Part shown: in pieces, positions 32,804-45,093 of the stretch
Layout of the letters: every line of letters starts with the position of its first letter
Numbering within the stretch: position 1 is the first letter of the stretch
NCBI GenBank assembly: GCA_963725145.1
Contig: CAVRXL010000012.1
Span: 1,714,141 to 1,778,140 of the forward strand
Direction: 5' to 3'
Source of the DNA: an uncultured Acidobacteriota bacterium
Lineage (GTDB): Bacteria > Acidobacteriota > Vicinamibacteria > Vicinamibacterales > 2-12-FULL-66-21
DNA length: 64,000 nt
The notes under the pieces: model-generated
Told to the model about the DNA's origin: nothing
Database searches by the model: none
Seen by the model: only the letters and a program-made list of their open reading frames with translations
Position numbers and translations under genes: made by a program

Positions 32804-32838
32804 CATCCGCGTCATCCGTGGTGCTAGGATCGTTCGCC

Positions 32839-35800
32839 ATGATCCGCCTCGCCGCCCTCGCGATCGCACTCTCCATCGCCGTTCCCGCTTCCGCACAATA
32901 CGCCCGCGACCCGAAGCAGCCGGTCGACGCGGAGTACGCCGCCAGGATGAAGGAGTACACGACCGCGCCCCACTTCACGTCCCCCCTGGTCGATTACCTG
33001 CCGGCCTCGAAGACCGTGCCGACGCCCAAGGCGGTGCTCGGCGACGTCGCGGGTGCGCCCGGGAAGCTGCCCTATTCGAAAGAGGTCTACGCTTACATGC
33101 GGATGGTCGAGAAAGCCAGCCCGCGCGTAAAGGTGTATTCGATTGGAAAGACCGAGGAAGGGCGCGAGATGATCGCGGTGGCGGTGTCCTCCGAGGCGAA
33201 CCTCTCGGCGCTCGAGGCCAACCGCGCCCGGCTCGCGAAGCTCGCCGATCCGCGGACGATCCAGATGAACGACGCGGAGGCGGAGAAGCTCGTCGCCGCG
33301 TCGGTGCCCGTGTACTACATCACGGGGACCATCCACTCACCCGAGACCGGCTCACCGACCGCGCTGATGGAGCTCGTGTACCGGCTGGCGGTGGATGAGA
33401 GCCCGTACATCCGGAAGATCCGGGAGCGGCTCGTCACGCTCATCACGCCGGTCGTCGAAGTGGATGGCCGCGACCGCCAGGTGGACATCTATAACTGGCA
33501 CCTGGCGAATCCCGGGAAGCACTGGCCCCCGACGCTGTATTGGGGCAAGTACGTCGCGCACGACAACAACCGCGACGGGATGGCGATCACGCTGAAGCTC
33601 ACCGAGAACGTGCTGAACACGTACCTGGGCTGGAAGGCGCAGGTGCTGCACGACCTGCACGAGTCGGTCGCGTATCTGTACGACAACACCGTCGGCGACG
33701 GCCCCTACAACGCGTGGCTCGATCCCATCCTGACCGACGAGTGGCAGATGATCGGGTGGCACAACGTGTCCGAGATGACCAAGATGGGCATGCCGGGCGT
33801 GTTCACGCACGGCACGTTCGACACGTGGACGCCGGGCTATCTCATGTTCCTCGCGGCCACGCACAACGGCATCAGCCGCCTGTACGAAACGTTCGGCAAC
33901 GCCGGCGCCGACACGCTGGATCGAACGCTCACGCCGTCGCAGTACTCCAGAACGTGGTACCGTCAGAATCCTCCGCTGCCGAAAACGAAGTGGTCTCAGC
34001 GCAACAATAACAACTACCAGCAGACCGGCCTGCTCGTGTCGCTCAACCACTTCGCCGACAACAGCAAGCTGTTTCTCAAGAATTTCTACCTGAAGAGCAA
34101 GCGCTCGATCCTCAAGGCCAGGACGGAAGGTCCCGCGGCGTACGTCTTTTCCGCAGACGATCCCCGCCTCGGAGCGCAGGCCGATCTGCTACGCGTGCTC
34201 CAGAAGCAGGGCGTCGAGATCTCGCGTGCGACCGCGCCCTTCACGGTCGTCGTGGGCAAGAAGCGGCCCCCGAGGCGCGAGACGACCGAGAGCACGGGGA
34301 ACGGCAACGGCGCCCCGGCGCAGAAGCCGGAGGACGGGCAGAGGCGGGACACGTCGAAGGATGTCCCCGACGTCCGCACGTTCCCCGCCGGATCGTACGT
34401 CGTGCGCATCGACCAGCCGTACAGCCGCATCGCCGACGCGTTGCTCGACTATCAGTACTGGGCGCCGGACGATCCGCAGCGCAACCCATACGACGACACA
34501 GGGTGGACCTTCGGCGAGCTCTTCGATGTCAGGGTGACGCGGGTGCCGGACGTCAAGGTGCTGGACGCAACGATGGAGCGCGTCAGCGGCCCGGTCACGG
34601 CGCCGGGCGGCGTGACAGGGACGGGATCCGTGTTCGCGGTCAACCACAACACCGACCCGTCGCTCGCGACCCTGCGGTACCGCTTCAGGGACGCGGCCTT
34701 CGACGTGGCGGAGGAGCCGTTCGAGGCCGGGGGCAAGTCGTTCAACCGCGGGTCGTTCCTGATCCGGAACGTCGACGCCGGCGCGCTCGACGCGGCCGCG
34801 CGCGAGCTCGGGCTGTCGGCGATCGCGCTTCCGTCGGCGCCGTCGGTCAAGACGCACCCGGCGCGCGCCGCCCGGATCGCGATCCTGCACACATGGATGA
34901 ACACACAGGACGAGGGCTGGTGGCGCCTGGCCTTCGACCAGCTGTCGATTCCGTTCGACTACATCAGCACTCAGGACGTGGCGAAGGACGGGTCGCTCCG
35001 GTCGAAGTACGACGTGATCCTGTTCCCGCCCGTCGGCCGCGGCGGCGGCCCCGCGATTATCGCGGGCATGCCGATGTTCGGCAACCCGATTCCGTGGAAG
35101 ACGACCGACCTCACCCCGAACCTCGGGATTGACGAGACCGACGACATTCGCCCCGGCCTCGGGTGGGAAGGGATGGGGAACCTCCAGAAGTTCGTCTCCG
35201 ACGGAGGCGTGCTCATCGGGGTGGACGACACGGCTGACTTCGCCGCCACCTATGGGCTCACGCACGGGGTGAGCATCGTCCGGCCGCAGCGGCTGAAGGT
35301 GACCGGCAGCGTGCTCCGATCGAAGGTAGTGGATGAGGCGAGCCCCATCGCGTACGGCTACAGGGACAACCTCTCGATTTATGCGTTCGACGGGCCGATC
35401 TTCGCCGTGAGCAACTTCGCGCGCGGCGGCGGCCGCGGCGGAGGCGGAGGGGGAAGCGGAGACGAGCGGCGGCGGCCCACGGGCCGCGGCACGGCCGAGG
35501 ATCCCGACCAGCCGCAGGGACGGCCGCTCGCCGAACCGGCGCCGGAGGATCCGCGCGTCGAGCCCTGGCAGGCGGCGCCGGTCCTCGACGAGCAGCTCAG
35601 GAACGGCGTGAACGTGATCCCGCCGGCCCACCGGCCGCGGGTTGTCCTCCGCTACGGCGACAGCCGCGACCTGCTCGTCTCGGGTCTGCTCGACGGCGGC
35701 AGCGAGATCGCGCAGCGTCCGATGGTCATCGACGTGCCGGTGGCGAAGGGGCACGTGGTGCTCTTCTCCAACAATCCGGTGTGGCGCGGCGAGACGCGGG

Positions 35801-35877
35801 GCAGCTATTTCCTGGTGCTCAACGCGATCCTCAACCACGACAGCCTGAACGCCGGCCGCGTGCTGGACAAGCAGTAG
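32839..35877 (+). CDS. large secreted M14-family zinc carboxypeptidase-like protein
   Basis: ATG 32839 gives the signal peptide [30 protein letters not shown] (HxxE zinc motif), NNRDG and LHDLHES. In the ORF track it is fused to out-of-frame ftsH sequence as a 1507-aa ORF. Confidence 0.75.
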   Translation: MIRLAALAIALSIAVPASAQYARDPKQPVDAEYAARMKEYTTAPHFTSPLVDYLPASKTVPTPKAVLGDVAGAPGKLPYSKEVYAYMRMVEKASPRVKVYSIGKTEEGREMIAVAVSSEANLSALEANRARLAKLADPRTIQMNDAEAEKLVAASVPVYYITGTIHSPETGSPTALMELVYRLAVDESPYIRKIRERLVTLITPVVEVDGRDRQVDIYNWHLANPGKHWPPTLYWGKYVAHDNNRDGMAITLKLTENVLNTYLGWKAQVLHDLHESVAYLYDNTVGDGPYNAWLDPILTDEWQMIGWHNVSEMTKMGMPGVFTHGTFDTWTPGYLMFLAATHNGISRLYETFGNAGADTLDRTLTPSQYSRTWYRQNPPLPKTKWSQRNNNNYQQTGLLVSLNHFADNSKLFLKNFYLKSKRSILKARTEGPAAYVFSADDPRLGAQADLLRVLQKQGVEISRATAPFTVVVGKKRPPRRETTESTGNGNGAPAQKPEDGQRRDTSKDVPDVRTFPAGSYVVRIDQPYSRIADALLDYQYWAPDDPQRNPYDDTGWTFGELFDVRVTRVPDVKVLDATMERVSGPVTAPGGVTGTGSVFAVNHNTDPSLATLRYRFRDAAFDVAEEPFEAGGKSFNRGSFLIRNVDAGALDAAARELGLSAIALPSAPSVKTHPARAARIAILHTWMNTQDEGWWRLAFDQLSIPFDYISTQDVAKDGSLRSKYDVILFPPVGRGGGPAIIAGMPMFGNPIPWKTTDLTPNLGIDETDDIRPGLGWEGMGNLQKFVSDGGVLIGVDDTADFAATYGLTHGVSIVRPQRLKVTGSVLRSKVVDEASPIAYGYRDNLSIYAFDGPIFAVSNFARGGGRGGGGGGSGDERRRPTGRGTAEDPDQPQGRPLAEPAPEDPRVEPWQAAPVLDEQLRNGVNVIPPAHRPRVVLRYGDSRDLLVSGLLDGGSEIAQRPMVIDVPVAKGHVVLFSNNPVWRGETRGSYFLVLNAILNHDSLNAGRVLDKQ

Positions 35878-37721
35878 TGGCGGAAGAAGGGCTTCTTTCC
35901 CAACTCAAGCGGTTCCTCGTCGGCCGGCCGATCCCGTCGCATCTCGCGCATCACGAGCGGCTGTCCAAGGTCACCGGCCTGGCGGTGCTCTCTTCCGACG
36001 CGCTGTCGTCGGTCGCCTACGCCACCGAAGAGATTGTCCGGGTCCTGATTATCGGCGGCGTCGCGGCGATGTGGTACGCGACGCCGATCTCCATCCTGAT
36101 CGCCGGGCTCCTCGCGACGGTCGCCTTTTCGTACCGCCAGACGATCTATGCCTATCCGAGCGGTGGCGGCGCGTACATCGTCGCGAAGGAGAACCTCGGC
36201 TCGTGGGCAGGGCTGACGGCGGCGGCGGCGCTCCTGATCGATTACACGTTGACCGTCGCGGTCAGCATCGCGGCAGGGGTCGCCGCGCTGACCTCCGCGT
36301 TTCCCGAGTTGCACGACCACCGCGTCGGGCTCGCGATCGGTTTCATCACCGTGCTGATGGTCGGAAACCTGCGCGGCATTCGCGAGTCGGGGAACATCTT
36401 CTCGGTCCCGACCTACTTCTTCATCGCCATGATCCTGGGCCTCATCGGCGTCGGGATCTGGCGGTCGGTGGTGGGGACGATCGTGCCGGTCGAGCCGACC
36501 GAGCCGCTGTATGTGCCAGAGGCAGCCGGCGCCTTCACGACGTTCGTGCTGCTCAGGGCGTTCGCGAACGGCTGCACGGCGATGACCGGCGTCGAGGCGG
36601 TGGCGGACGGCGTGCCCGCGTTCCGGAAGCCGGAGGCGAAGAACGCGGCGACGACGCTGATCATCATGGCCGTCGTCGCGATCACCATGTTCGTGGGCAT
36701 CACGCTGCTCGCGCACGCCTATCAGATCATTCCGTCGGAGCGCGAGACCGTCGTTTCGCAGCTCGCCCGCGGCATCTTTGGAGGGCGTGGTGTCCCCTAC
36801 TACCTGGTACAGGCCGCGACCATGCTGATCCTCGTGCTCGCGGCGAACACCGCCTACGCGGACTTTCCGCGGCTCGCGTCGATCGTGGCGCGCGACAAGT
36901 ATCTGCCGCGCCAGTTCATGAACCAGGGAGATCGCCTCGCGTTCTCGAACGGCATCGTGAGCCTGAGCGTCTTCGCCGCGCTGCTCATCGTCGTCTTCGC
37001 CGGCGACACCCACGCGCTGATCCCGCTCTACATGATCGGGGTCTTCATCTCGTTCACCCTGTCGCAGACGGGTATGGTCCTGCGGGCGAAGCGCAGCGGC
37101 AGGCGCAACTGGCTTCCGGAGGCGGCGATCAGTCTCGGGGGCGCGCTGCTCACCGGCACGGTGCTCGTTATCGTAGCGGTCACGAAGGTCTCCGAGGGCG
37201 CGTGGATCATCCTGCTGCTGATTCCCTGCCTCGTCTTCGTGTTCATCCAGACGAAGAAGCACTACGACCACGTCGCGGCGGAGCTCTCGCTGAGCGGGAT
37301 GACCCGGCACCCTCGCCGGAAGAACACAGTGCTCGTGCCGATCAGCGGCATCCAGCGCGCCGTGATCGAGGCGCTCGAGTACGCCAGCAGCCTGTCGGAC
37401 GATGTGCGGGCGATTTACGTGGACGTGGATCCGGAGGGGACCGACCAGCTCCGTCGTCAATGGGACACGTGGGGCCGGGGGATCCAGCTCGTCGTCCTCG
37501 ACTCGCCGTATCGTTCGTTGATGGAGCCGCTGCTCGAGTACATCGAGCAGGTGGACGCGGAAGCGCCGGACGACTACGTGACGATCGTGCTCCCGGAGTT
37601 CGTGCCGGCCCGCTGGTGGCACCACCTGCTACACAACCAGCGGGCGCTACTGATCAAGGCGGCGCTGCTGTTCAAGCCGAACACGGTTGTTACGAGTGTG
37701 CCGTTTCATTTGAGCAGGTAG
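35877..37721 (+). CDS. APC-superfamily amino-acid/polyamine permease with cytoplasmic C-terminal domain
   Basis: GTG 35877 overlaps the upstream TAG (TAGTG): (M)AEEGLLSQLKRFLVGRPIPS...LSSDALSSVAYATEEI...YPSGGGAYIVAKENLG. About 12 TM helices, then a ~170-aa soluble tail. Confidence 0.8.
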   Translation: MAEEGLLSQLKRFLVGRPIPSHLAHHERLSKVTGLAVLSSDALSSVAYATEEIVRVLIIGGVAAMWYATPISILIAGLLATVAFSYRQTIYAYPSGGGAYIVAKENLGSWAGLTAAAALLIDYTLTVAVSIAAGVAALTSAFPELHDHRVGLAIGFITVLMVGNLRGIRESGNIFSVPTYFFIAMILGLIGVGIWRSVVGTIVPVEPTEPLYVPEAAGAFTTFVLLRAFANGCTAMTGVEAVADGVPAFRKPEAKNAATTLIIMAVVAITMFVGITLLAHAYQIIPSERETVVSQLARGIFGGRGVPYYLVQAATMLILVLAANTAYADFPRLASIVARDKYLPRQFMNQGDRLAFSNGIVSLSVFAALLIVVFAGDTHALIPLYMIGVFISFTLSQTGMVLRAKRSGRRNWLPEAAISLGGALLTGTVLVIVAVTKVSEGAWIILLLIPCLVFVFIQTKKHYDHVAAELSLSGMTRHPRRKNTVLVPISGIQRAVIEALEYASSLSDDVRAIYVDVDPEGTDQLRRQWDTWGRGIQLVVLDSPYRSLMEPLLEYIEQVDAEAPDDYVTIVLPEFVPARWWHHLLHNQRALLIKAALLFKPNTVVTSVPFHLSR

Positions 37722-37724
37722 AAG

Positions 37725-37745
37725 CAGAATCTAGAATTCAGAATT
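37725..37745. repeat. inverted copy of the RATTCTR heptamer array
   Basis: CAGAATCTAGAATTCAGAATT is the reverse complement of AATTCTGAATTCTAGATTCTG, matching 21638-21657 in 20 of 21 nt. It lies immediately after the permease stop. Confidence 0.75.
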
Positions 37746-37871
37746 ACGAGGAATTCGGTAGAAGGAATCGCCGAAATCCAGCGGATCGCCATGGCGCTTA
37801 GCCGCCCCTTTATCACCTTTTAACGGACACCTAATCCTTTCCTTATCGAGCTGAGGCGTACCCTGCGGGGT

Positions 37872-39091
37872 ATGAGACTCCGACACATGTGGCGTCCGGC
37901 TCTAGCCGGACCTCGCGTGGCTCTGACGGCTCTACTGCTCTTTGCCGTGCCGGCACGCGCGCTCGCTCAACAGACAGCCAGCCCTGAGGAACCGGCACCC
38001 GCGGCCGCCCCACAGACGCCCACGAACGAGAGTCCGTGGGACAACATCACGTTCGGCACGACGCTCGAGGGGTTCTACGAATACAACTGGAACGACCCGC
38101 TCGGCCGCGTGAATCTGCTGCGCGCGTACGACACGCGCGCGAACGTCCTGGGCATCCAGCAGGTCGCGCTCCTGTTCGACATGACGCCGGACGTCAGCAA
38201 GAATCGCCGCTTCGGGTTGCGCGTCGATCTCCAGTTCGGCCAGGCCACCGAGACCGTCCAGGGCGGCGCCGCGAACGAGCCCCGTCCCGACGTCTACCGT
38301 CACATCTGGCAGGCCTACGGCTCGTACATCTTCCCGTCGGAAACGGCCTTCAGACGGACTTCGGCAAGTTCGCGTCGAACCTCGGGTTCGAGACCAACTA
38401 CGCGAAGGACAACAACAACTTCACGCGCGCGTATCTCTTCAACTTCCTGCCGTTCTATCACTCCGGTCTGCGCGTCTCCTACCCTGCCAGCGACAAGGTC
38501 ACGTTGATGTACATGCTGACCAACGGTATCCAGCAGACCGAGGACTTCAACGACTACAAGTCGAATCACTTCACGGCCATCATCAAGCCCGTGTCCGCGC
38601 TGACCTGGACGACCAGCTACTACTTCGGCCAGGAGCAGCAGCAGCCGACGGATGAAGACGCCGGCCCCGACGGTTTCTTCACCGTCTTCGACACCTACGC
38701 CGCCTACACGCTCAACGACCGCGCCACCCTCGGCCTCGACGTCAACTACGTCACGAACCGGGTCACGCAGGACGATCCGAAGGGCGATCTCTTCGGCCTG
38801 GGCGCCTATGGACGCTATCAGGTGACGCCCGCGGCAGCGCTCGCGGTTCGCTACGAGCGGGTCGATGACGACGGCGGGCTCTTCGGAGGGATCGATCAGC
38901 TTCTGCAGGAAGTCACGCTGACCGCGGAGTACAAGTTCGCGGACGGATTCATGTTCCGCGGCGAGTTCCGTCATGACTGGTCGAACGAGGAGTTCTTCCT
39001 CAGCGACTCGGTGGACGTGCTCAAGACGGGTCAGACGACGCTCCTCGGCGGGTTCGTGTGGTGGATGGGGTCGAAGAAAGGCGCGTGGTAA
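37872..39091 (+). pseudogene. outer-membrane beta-barrel porin (OmpL-like/bbp2 type) upstream of kdp, reading frame broken once as sequenced
   Basis: ORF 37872-38507 gives the signal peptide and ..GFYEYNWNDP...LRVDLQFGQ..YGSYIFP. ORF 38036-39091 continues with VGNGLQTDFGKFASNLGFETNYAKDNNNFTRAYLFNFLPFYHSGLRVSY...FVWWMGSKKGAW. One C is missing from the CCC run at 38333-38335. Confidence 0.7.
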
Positions 39092-39186
39092 TGGCTGACG
39101 CGATCTTCGTCGCTTTGACCGTCTTGTTCTTCGTCGTGGCGGTCGCGTACGTCGTTGGTTGTGATCGCCTGGGGGGACGGACGTGA
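39091..39186 (+). CDS. 31-aa single-TM micro-protein between porin and kdpF (unannotated class)
   Basis: Hand translation: MADAIFVALTVLFFVVAVAYVVGCDRLGGRT. The ATG overlaps the porin TAA (TAATG) and its TGA overlaps the kdpF GTG (GTGA). It is too short for the ORF track. Confidence 0.35.
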   Translation: MADAIFVALTVLFFVVAVAYVVGCDRLGGRT

Positions 39187-39272
39187 CCTTCGAAACGATT
39201 GCAGGTCTGCTGGTCTCGGTGTTTCTGCTCGCGTATCTGACATACGCGTTGCTGCGGCCGGAGAAATTCTGA
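39183..39272 (+). CDS. kdpF: potassium-transporting ATPase subunit F
   Basis: Hand translation from GTG 39183: (M)TFETIAGLLVSVFLLAYLTYALLRPEKF. This is a 29-aa single TM helix with the characteristic ..LLRPE.F end. Its stop abuts the kdpA ATG (TGAATG). Confidence 0.7.
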   Translation: MTFETIAGLLVSVFLLAYLTYALLRPEKF

Positions 39273-41045
39273 ATGACTTTCAACGGCTGGCTTCAGATCA
39301 CCGTATATCTCCTCGCGATCCTCGCGGTCACCAGGCCGCTCGGGTCGTTCATGACGCGCGTGTTCGCGCGCGAGCGCACGTGGCTGGATCCCGTGCTCCG
39401 TCCGGTCGAGCGGCTCATCTACCGCCTGACAGGCGTCGACGAGAAGCACGAGATGCGCTGGACCGAGTACGCGGTCGCGCTCGTGCTCTTCAGCGTCGTC
39501 TCCATGATCGTGCTGTATCTGATGCAGCGGCTCCAGGCCGCGCTGCCCTTCAACCCGCAGGCGCTCGGCGCCGTGGCGCCCGACCTCGCGTTCAACACCG
39601 CGGCGTCGTTCACGACGAACACGAACTGGCAGTCGTACGTCCCCGAGACGACGATGAGCTACCTGACGCAGATGGCGGGACTCGCGTACCACAACTTCGT
39701 CTCGGCGGCCGCCGGGATCGCGCTTGCGATCGCGTTCATCCGCGGCATCGCGCAGCGCGAAAAGGCGACGCTCGGCAACTTCTGGGTCGACCTGGTCCGC
39801 TGCTCGCTCTGGGTGCTGCTCCCCTTCTGTTTCGTCGGCGCGCTCCTGCTCGTCTCCCAGGGGGTCGTCCAGAACCTCAAGCCGTACGACAAGGTGCAGC
39901 TCCTCGATCCGCAGACGATCACCGCGACCGACGCTGACGGCAAGGAGACGAAGCAGACCGTTTCCGAGCAGGTCATCGCCCAGGGGCCGACGGCGTCGCA
40001 GGAAATCATCAAGGAATGGGGGACGAACGGCGGCGGCTTCTTCAACGCCAACAGCGCGCATCCGTTCGAGAACCCGACGCCGCTCTCGAACTTCATCGAG
40101 ATGTTCGCGATCTTTGCGATTTCGGCGGGGCTGACCTACACGCTCGGCCAGATGACCGGCTCCCGCGCCCACGGCTGGGCGGTCTGGGCGGCGATGGCGT
40201 TTCTCTTCCTGGCCGGCGTCACGACCGCGTACTGGGCCGAGGCGGCTGGCAACCCCATGATCAAGGCGGACCAGACCGTCACCGCCGCGTCACCCGGCGG
40301 CAACATGGAAGGCAAGGAAACAAGGTTCGGGATCGCGAACTCTGCGCTGTTCGCCACGGTCACGACCGATGCGAGCTGCGGCGCGGTGAACGCCTGGCAC
40401 GACTCGTTCACGCCGATCGGCGGGATGGTGCCGCTCGTCAACATCATGCTGGGCGAGGTGATCTTCGGCGGCGTCGGCGCGGGCATGTACGGCATCCTCA
40501 TTTTCGTCGTGCTCTCGGTGTTCATCGCCGGGCTGATGGTGGGCCGGACGCCGGAGTACCTCGGGAAGAAGGTCGAAGCGTTCGACGTCCAGATGGCGAT
40601 GCTCGCGGTGCTCATCATGCCGCTCGTCATCCTGGTCTTCACGGGGATCTCGGTCGTCTCGCCCGACTTCGGGACGTCGAGCCTCACGAATACCGGGCCG
40701 CACGGCCTGTCGGAGATCCTCTACGCCTTCACGTCAGGGACGGGCAACAACGGGTCCGCGTTCGGCGGGCTCAACGCCAATACGAAGTGGTACAACACGT
40801 CGATCGGCATCGCGATGATGCTCGGGCGCTTCATGATCATCATCCCGATGCTCGCGCTGGCGGGTCACCTCGGCCGCAAGAAGCGCGTGCCGCCGTCGCC
40901 CGGGACCTTCCCGGTGACGACTCCGCTTTTCACGACACTGCTCGTCAGCGTCATCCTCATCGTGGGCGCGCTGACTTTCTTCCCCGTCCTGAGCCTCGGC
41001 CCGATCGTCGAGCACCTGCTCATGCACGCGGGACAGACCTACTAG
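39273..41045 (+). CDS. kdpA: potassium-transporting ATPase subunit A
   Basis: 590 aa. MTFNGWLQITVYLLAILAVTRPLGSFM..., NTNWQSY, GTNGGGFFNANSAHPFENPTP and SAFGGL. The frame is intact. Confidence 0.95.
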   Translation: MTFNGWLQITVYLLAILAVTRPLGSFMTRVFARERTWLDPVLRPVERLIYRLTGVDEKHEMRWTEYAVALVLFSVVSMIVLYLMQRLQAALPFNPQALGAVAPDLAFNTAASFTTNTNWQSYVPETTMSYLTQMAGLAYHNFVSAAAGIALAIAFIRGIAQREKATLGNFWVDLVRCSLWVLLPFCFVGALLLVSQGVVQNLKPYDKVQLLDPQTITATDADGKETKQTVSEQVIAQGPTASQEIIKEWGTNGGGFFNANSAHPFENPTPLSNFIEMFAIFAISAGLTYTLGQMTGSRAHGWAVWAAMAFLFLAGVTTAYWAEAAGNPMIKADQTVTAASPGGNMEGKETRFGIANSALFATVTTDASCGAVNAWHDSFTPIGGMVPLVNIMLGEVIFGGVGAGMYGILIFVVLSVFIAGLMVGRTPEYLGKKVEAFDVQMAMLAVLIMPLVILVFTGISVVSPDFGTSSLTNTGPHGLSEILYAFTSGTGNNGSAFGGLNANTKWYNTSIGIAMMLGRFMIIIPMLALAGHLGRKKRVPPSPGTFPVTTPLFTTLLVSVILIVGALTFFPVLSLGPIVEHLLMHAGQTY

Positions 41046-41052
41046 GAACGAA

Positions 41053-41080
41053 GGCACTAGGCACTAGGAACTAGGCACTA
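41053..41080. repeat. four tandem heptamers GGCACTA/GGAACTA in the kdpA-kdpB spacer
   Basis: GGCACTA GGCACTA GGAACTA GGCACTA, ending 3 nt before the kdpB ATG (41084). Confidence 0.8.
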
Positions 41081-41083
41081 TTT

Positions 41084-43127
<2,044 letters not shown>

Positions 43128-43130
43128 TGC

Positions 43131-43300
43131 GAGAGCACAGAGTGAGCAGAGGTCACAGAGAAGGGCGGGGAGCGATGAGCACACCAGAGACGCAGAGCCG
43201 ACAGAGCACTCAAAAAGGTCTTATGGCCTCTGCGCCTCTGTGTCGTCTGCGCGCCGGCCGTCCCCGCCTTTCTCTGCGGCCTCAGCGTTAGCTCCGTGCT
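43131..43300. repeat. ~170-nt imperfect palindrome (CAGAG-rich arms) inserted between kdpB and kdpC
   Basis: The left arm contains TCACAGAGAAGGGCGGGGA (43153-43171) and ..ACGCAGAGCCGACAGAG.. The right arm contains ..CTCTGCGCCTCTGTGTCGTCTGCG.. and TCCCCGCCTTTCTCTGCGG (43261-43279). The central loop is around 43210-43224. Confidence 0.65.
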
Positions 43301-43314
43301 CCGGGAGAATACAG

Positions 43315-43913
43315 ATGAACATCGGACGCAACCTTCTCATCGCCACCTTGATGACGGTCGTGACGACGGTGCTCCTGGGCCTGTTGTATCCTCTGGCGGT
43401 GACCGGCGTGGCGCAGGCTGTCTTTCCGGATAAGGCAAACGGCCAGCTCATCGTCCGCGACGGCGTGACGATTGGCTCGCGGATCATCGGCCAGCCGTTC
43501 ACGTCGCCCGGCTACTTCCGGTCGCGGCCGTCGGCGGCTGGCGCCGCCGGGATACGACGCCGGCGCCTCCGGCGGCACGAACCTGGGGCCGACGAGCAAG
43601 AAGCTGATCGATCGCGTGAACGAGGCGACCGCCGCTGTCTCGCCTGGAGAATCCGGATCAGCCGGTCCCGATCGAGCTGGTCACGACGTCGGCCTCGGGA
43701 CTGGATCCGCACATATCGCCGCGCGCCGCCGAGTTCCAGGTGCCGCGAGTTGCCCGCGAGCGCGGCGCTTCAGAGGACGCGATTCGCCGAATCGTGGCCG
43801 AGCACACCGAGGCGCGGCAGCTCGGCTTTCTCGGCGAGCCGAGGGTCAACGTGCTCATGCTGAATCTGGCGCTCGACGAGACGTTCAAGCGAGGTCGGAC
43901 CGCCGCGCCATGA
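43315..43913 (+). pseudogene. kdpC: potassium-transporting ATPase subunit C, read in three frames as sequenced
   Basis: Frame 1 from ATG 43315: MNIGRNLLIATLMTVVTTVLLGLLYPLAVTGVAQAVFPDKANGQLI...GYFRSRPSAAG. Frame 2: [31 protein letters not shown]. Frame 3: [41 protein letters not shown]...LNLALDETF, ending at TGA 43911-43913. The breaks are near 43545 and 43642. Confidence 0.8.
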
Positions 43914-45093
43914 CCATCCTCACGGGCCCGAGCGCCCGTCTGCCGAATCGCTCCTCGCCGGGCTGAAACAGGGCGAGCGGGCGCGCCTGCGCCTGTACAT
44001 CGGCGCCGCGGCCGGGGTCGGCAAGACCTACCAGATGCTCGAGGACGCCCACGACCTGAAGCGCCGGGGCGTGGACGTCGTCATCGGGTTTGTGGAGACC
44101 CACGGCCGGGCCGACACGAACCGGCTCCTCGACGGGCTCGAGATCGTGCCGCGGCGGCGCATCGAGTACCGCGGCGTGACGCTCGAGGAAATGGACGTCG
44201 ACGCCGTGATGGCGCGCAGACCCGCGATCGTCATCGTGGACGAGCTGGCGCATACGAACGTCCCGGGCTCGAAGCACCCGAAGCGGTACGAGGACGTCTT
44301 CGAGCTGCTCGAGGCGGGCATGTCGGTCATCACGGCCGTGAACATCCAGCACCTCGAGTCGCTCAACGACGCGATCGCGCGGACGACGAACGTCCGGGTG
44401 CGCGAGACCCTCCCCGACTGGGTGCTCCAGCGCGCCGACGAGGTGGTCAACGTCGACGTCTCGGTCGAGACGCTCCGCGCGCGCCTGCGCGAGGGGAAGA
44501 TCTACAAGCCTGAAAAGGTCGAGCAGGCGCTTCAGAACTTCTTCCGGGTAGGCAACCTGTCGGCGCTGCGCGAGCTGGCGCTGCGGCAGCTCGCGACCGT
44601 CCAGGCGGGCCAGGCCGAAGCCTACCGGCGGCGCGAAGGGCTCGAGCATCCCGTCATTCCAGAAAAGGTCATGGTCGCCATGGCGTCGCACGGCAGCGCC
44701 GGCCGGCTGCTGCGCACCGGGTCGCGCATTGCGGGCCGGCTCGCCTCGGACTGGTACGCGGTCTATGTCGAGACGCCGAATGAGGAGCCGGGCCGCATCC
44801 AGCCGGCGGACCACGCCGCCCTGACGGAAAACATCCGGCTCGCCGAACAGCTCGGCGCGCGGGTCGTCCGGCTCAAAGCGCGCAACGTCCCGGACGCCCT
44901 GGTGCAGTTCGCGCGTGAACACGGCATCACGCACGTCATCTTCGGCCAGTCGGCGCGCTCGCGCTGGCAGATGCTGGTCAAGGGCTCCGTCATCAATCGG
45001 TTTCTCGATGAGCTCCGCACCGCGACGGTCCACATCGTTCCGCCCGGAGACGATGACCGGACGGATGCCGAGTGGAGCAGCGATCGGACATGA
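43910..45093 (+). pseudogene. kdpD: stand-alone KdpD N-terminal sensor domain + Usp domain protein (no TM or kinase part), one frame break near the 5' end
   Basis: ATG 43910 (overlapping the kdpC TGA) gives MTILTGP. After a one-nt slip in GGGCCC (43924-43929) it continues ERPSAESLLAGLKQGERARLRLYIGAAAGVGKTYQMLEDAHDLKRRGVDVVIGFVETHGRADT... (the KdpD domain). The Usp-like part follows: VMVAMASHGSAGRLLRTG...VVRLKARNVPDALVQFAREHGITHVIFGQS. It stops at 45093. Confidence 0.8.

Noticed and set aside
31354-35877. 1507-aa ORF, the longest in the track
   Set aside because: It is a chimera. It starts with the FtsH AAA+/protease core, runs out of frame through the true FtsH C-terminus (Arg/Ala-rich junk ..[23 protein letters not shown]..), and reads without a stop into the separate M14 peptidase gene, which has its own signal peptide at 32839.
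37722-37871. Possible c-di-AMP (ydaO/kimA-type) riboswitch or other leader upstream of the porin-kdp operon
   Set aside because: I read the 150-nt region on the plus strand. I could not find the conserved pseudo-symmetric helices or ACGGGG/CCCG-type core elements I associate with that riboswitch. Only the heptamer repeat and unremarkable sequence are present. A covariance-model scan would be needed to be sure.
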